Positions 63,939-64,000 of a DNA stretch of 64,000 nucleotides are shown here, piece after piece (the first letter of the stretch is position 1; every line of letters starts with the position of its first letter). Position numbers and translations under genes: made by a program. Source of the stretch: Squalus acanthias. Its lineage: Eukaryota. Location of the stretch: assembly GCA_030390025.1 (NCBI GenBank), contig CM059438.1:17174001-17238000 (forward strand), written 5' to 3'. The notes under the pieces are model-generated. The model was not told where the DNA came from. It did no database searches and saw nothing but the letters and a program-made list of their open reading frames with translations.

Positions 63939-64000
63939 AGTCCTAATGATAGTCTGGTGTGTGGCTTCAAAGAAGAGCAGTGGAAATTGCTCACTCCAGA

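Overview
Vertebrate genomic window, most likely a shark or other cartilaginous fish (inferred from the repeat landscape: tRNA-headed Deu-domain SINEs, CR1 and L2 LINEs, Penelope-type tails). The only host gene is the 5' end of TCF7L2 on the minus strand: promoter/5'UTR near 49.1-49.7 kb, coding exons 1-3 (49130-48942, 48683-48614, 48377-48253; beta-catenin-binding N-terminus), then more than 48 kb of intron in which I recognised no further exon. The rest is intron or intergenic DNA with candidate cis-regulatory clusters and nested mobile elements. Most notable: (i) two families of Penelope-like repeats carrying minimal type I hammerhead ribozyme motifs, including a near-perfect palindromic insertion with 97-bp arms and a 12-bp target-site duplication (TSD), and copies lying sense in the TCF7L2 pre-mRNA; (ii) a CpG-rich 1.65-kb solo LTR (TGTAA...TTACA, 4-bp TSD) about 8 kb upstream of the gene; (iii) LF-SINE-like relics; (iv) TCF/helper/Pbx-Meis motif clusters around the promoter suggesting autoregulation. 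I found no wholly new protein-coding system. Family names rest on recalled consensus sequences, not database searches, and most repeat boundaries are approximate.
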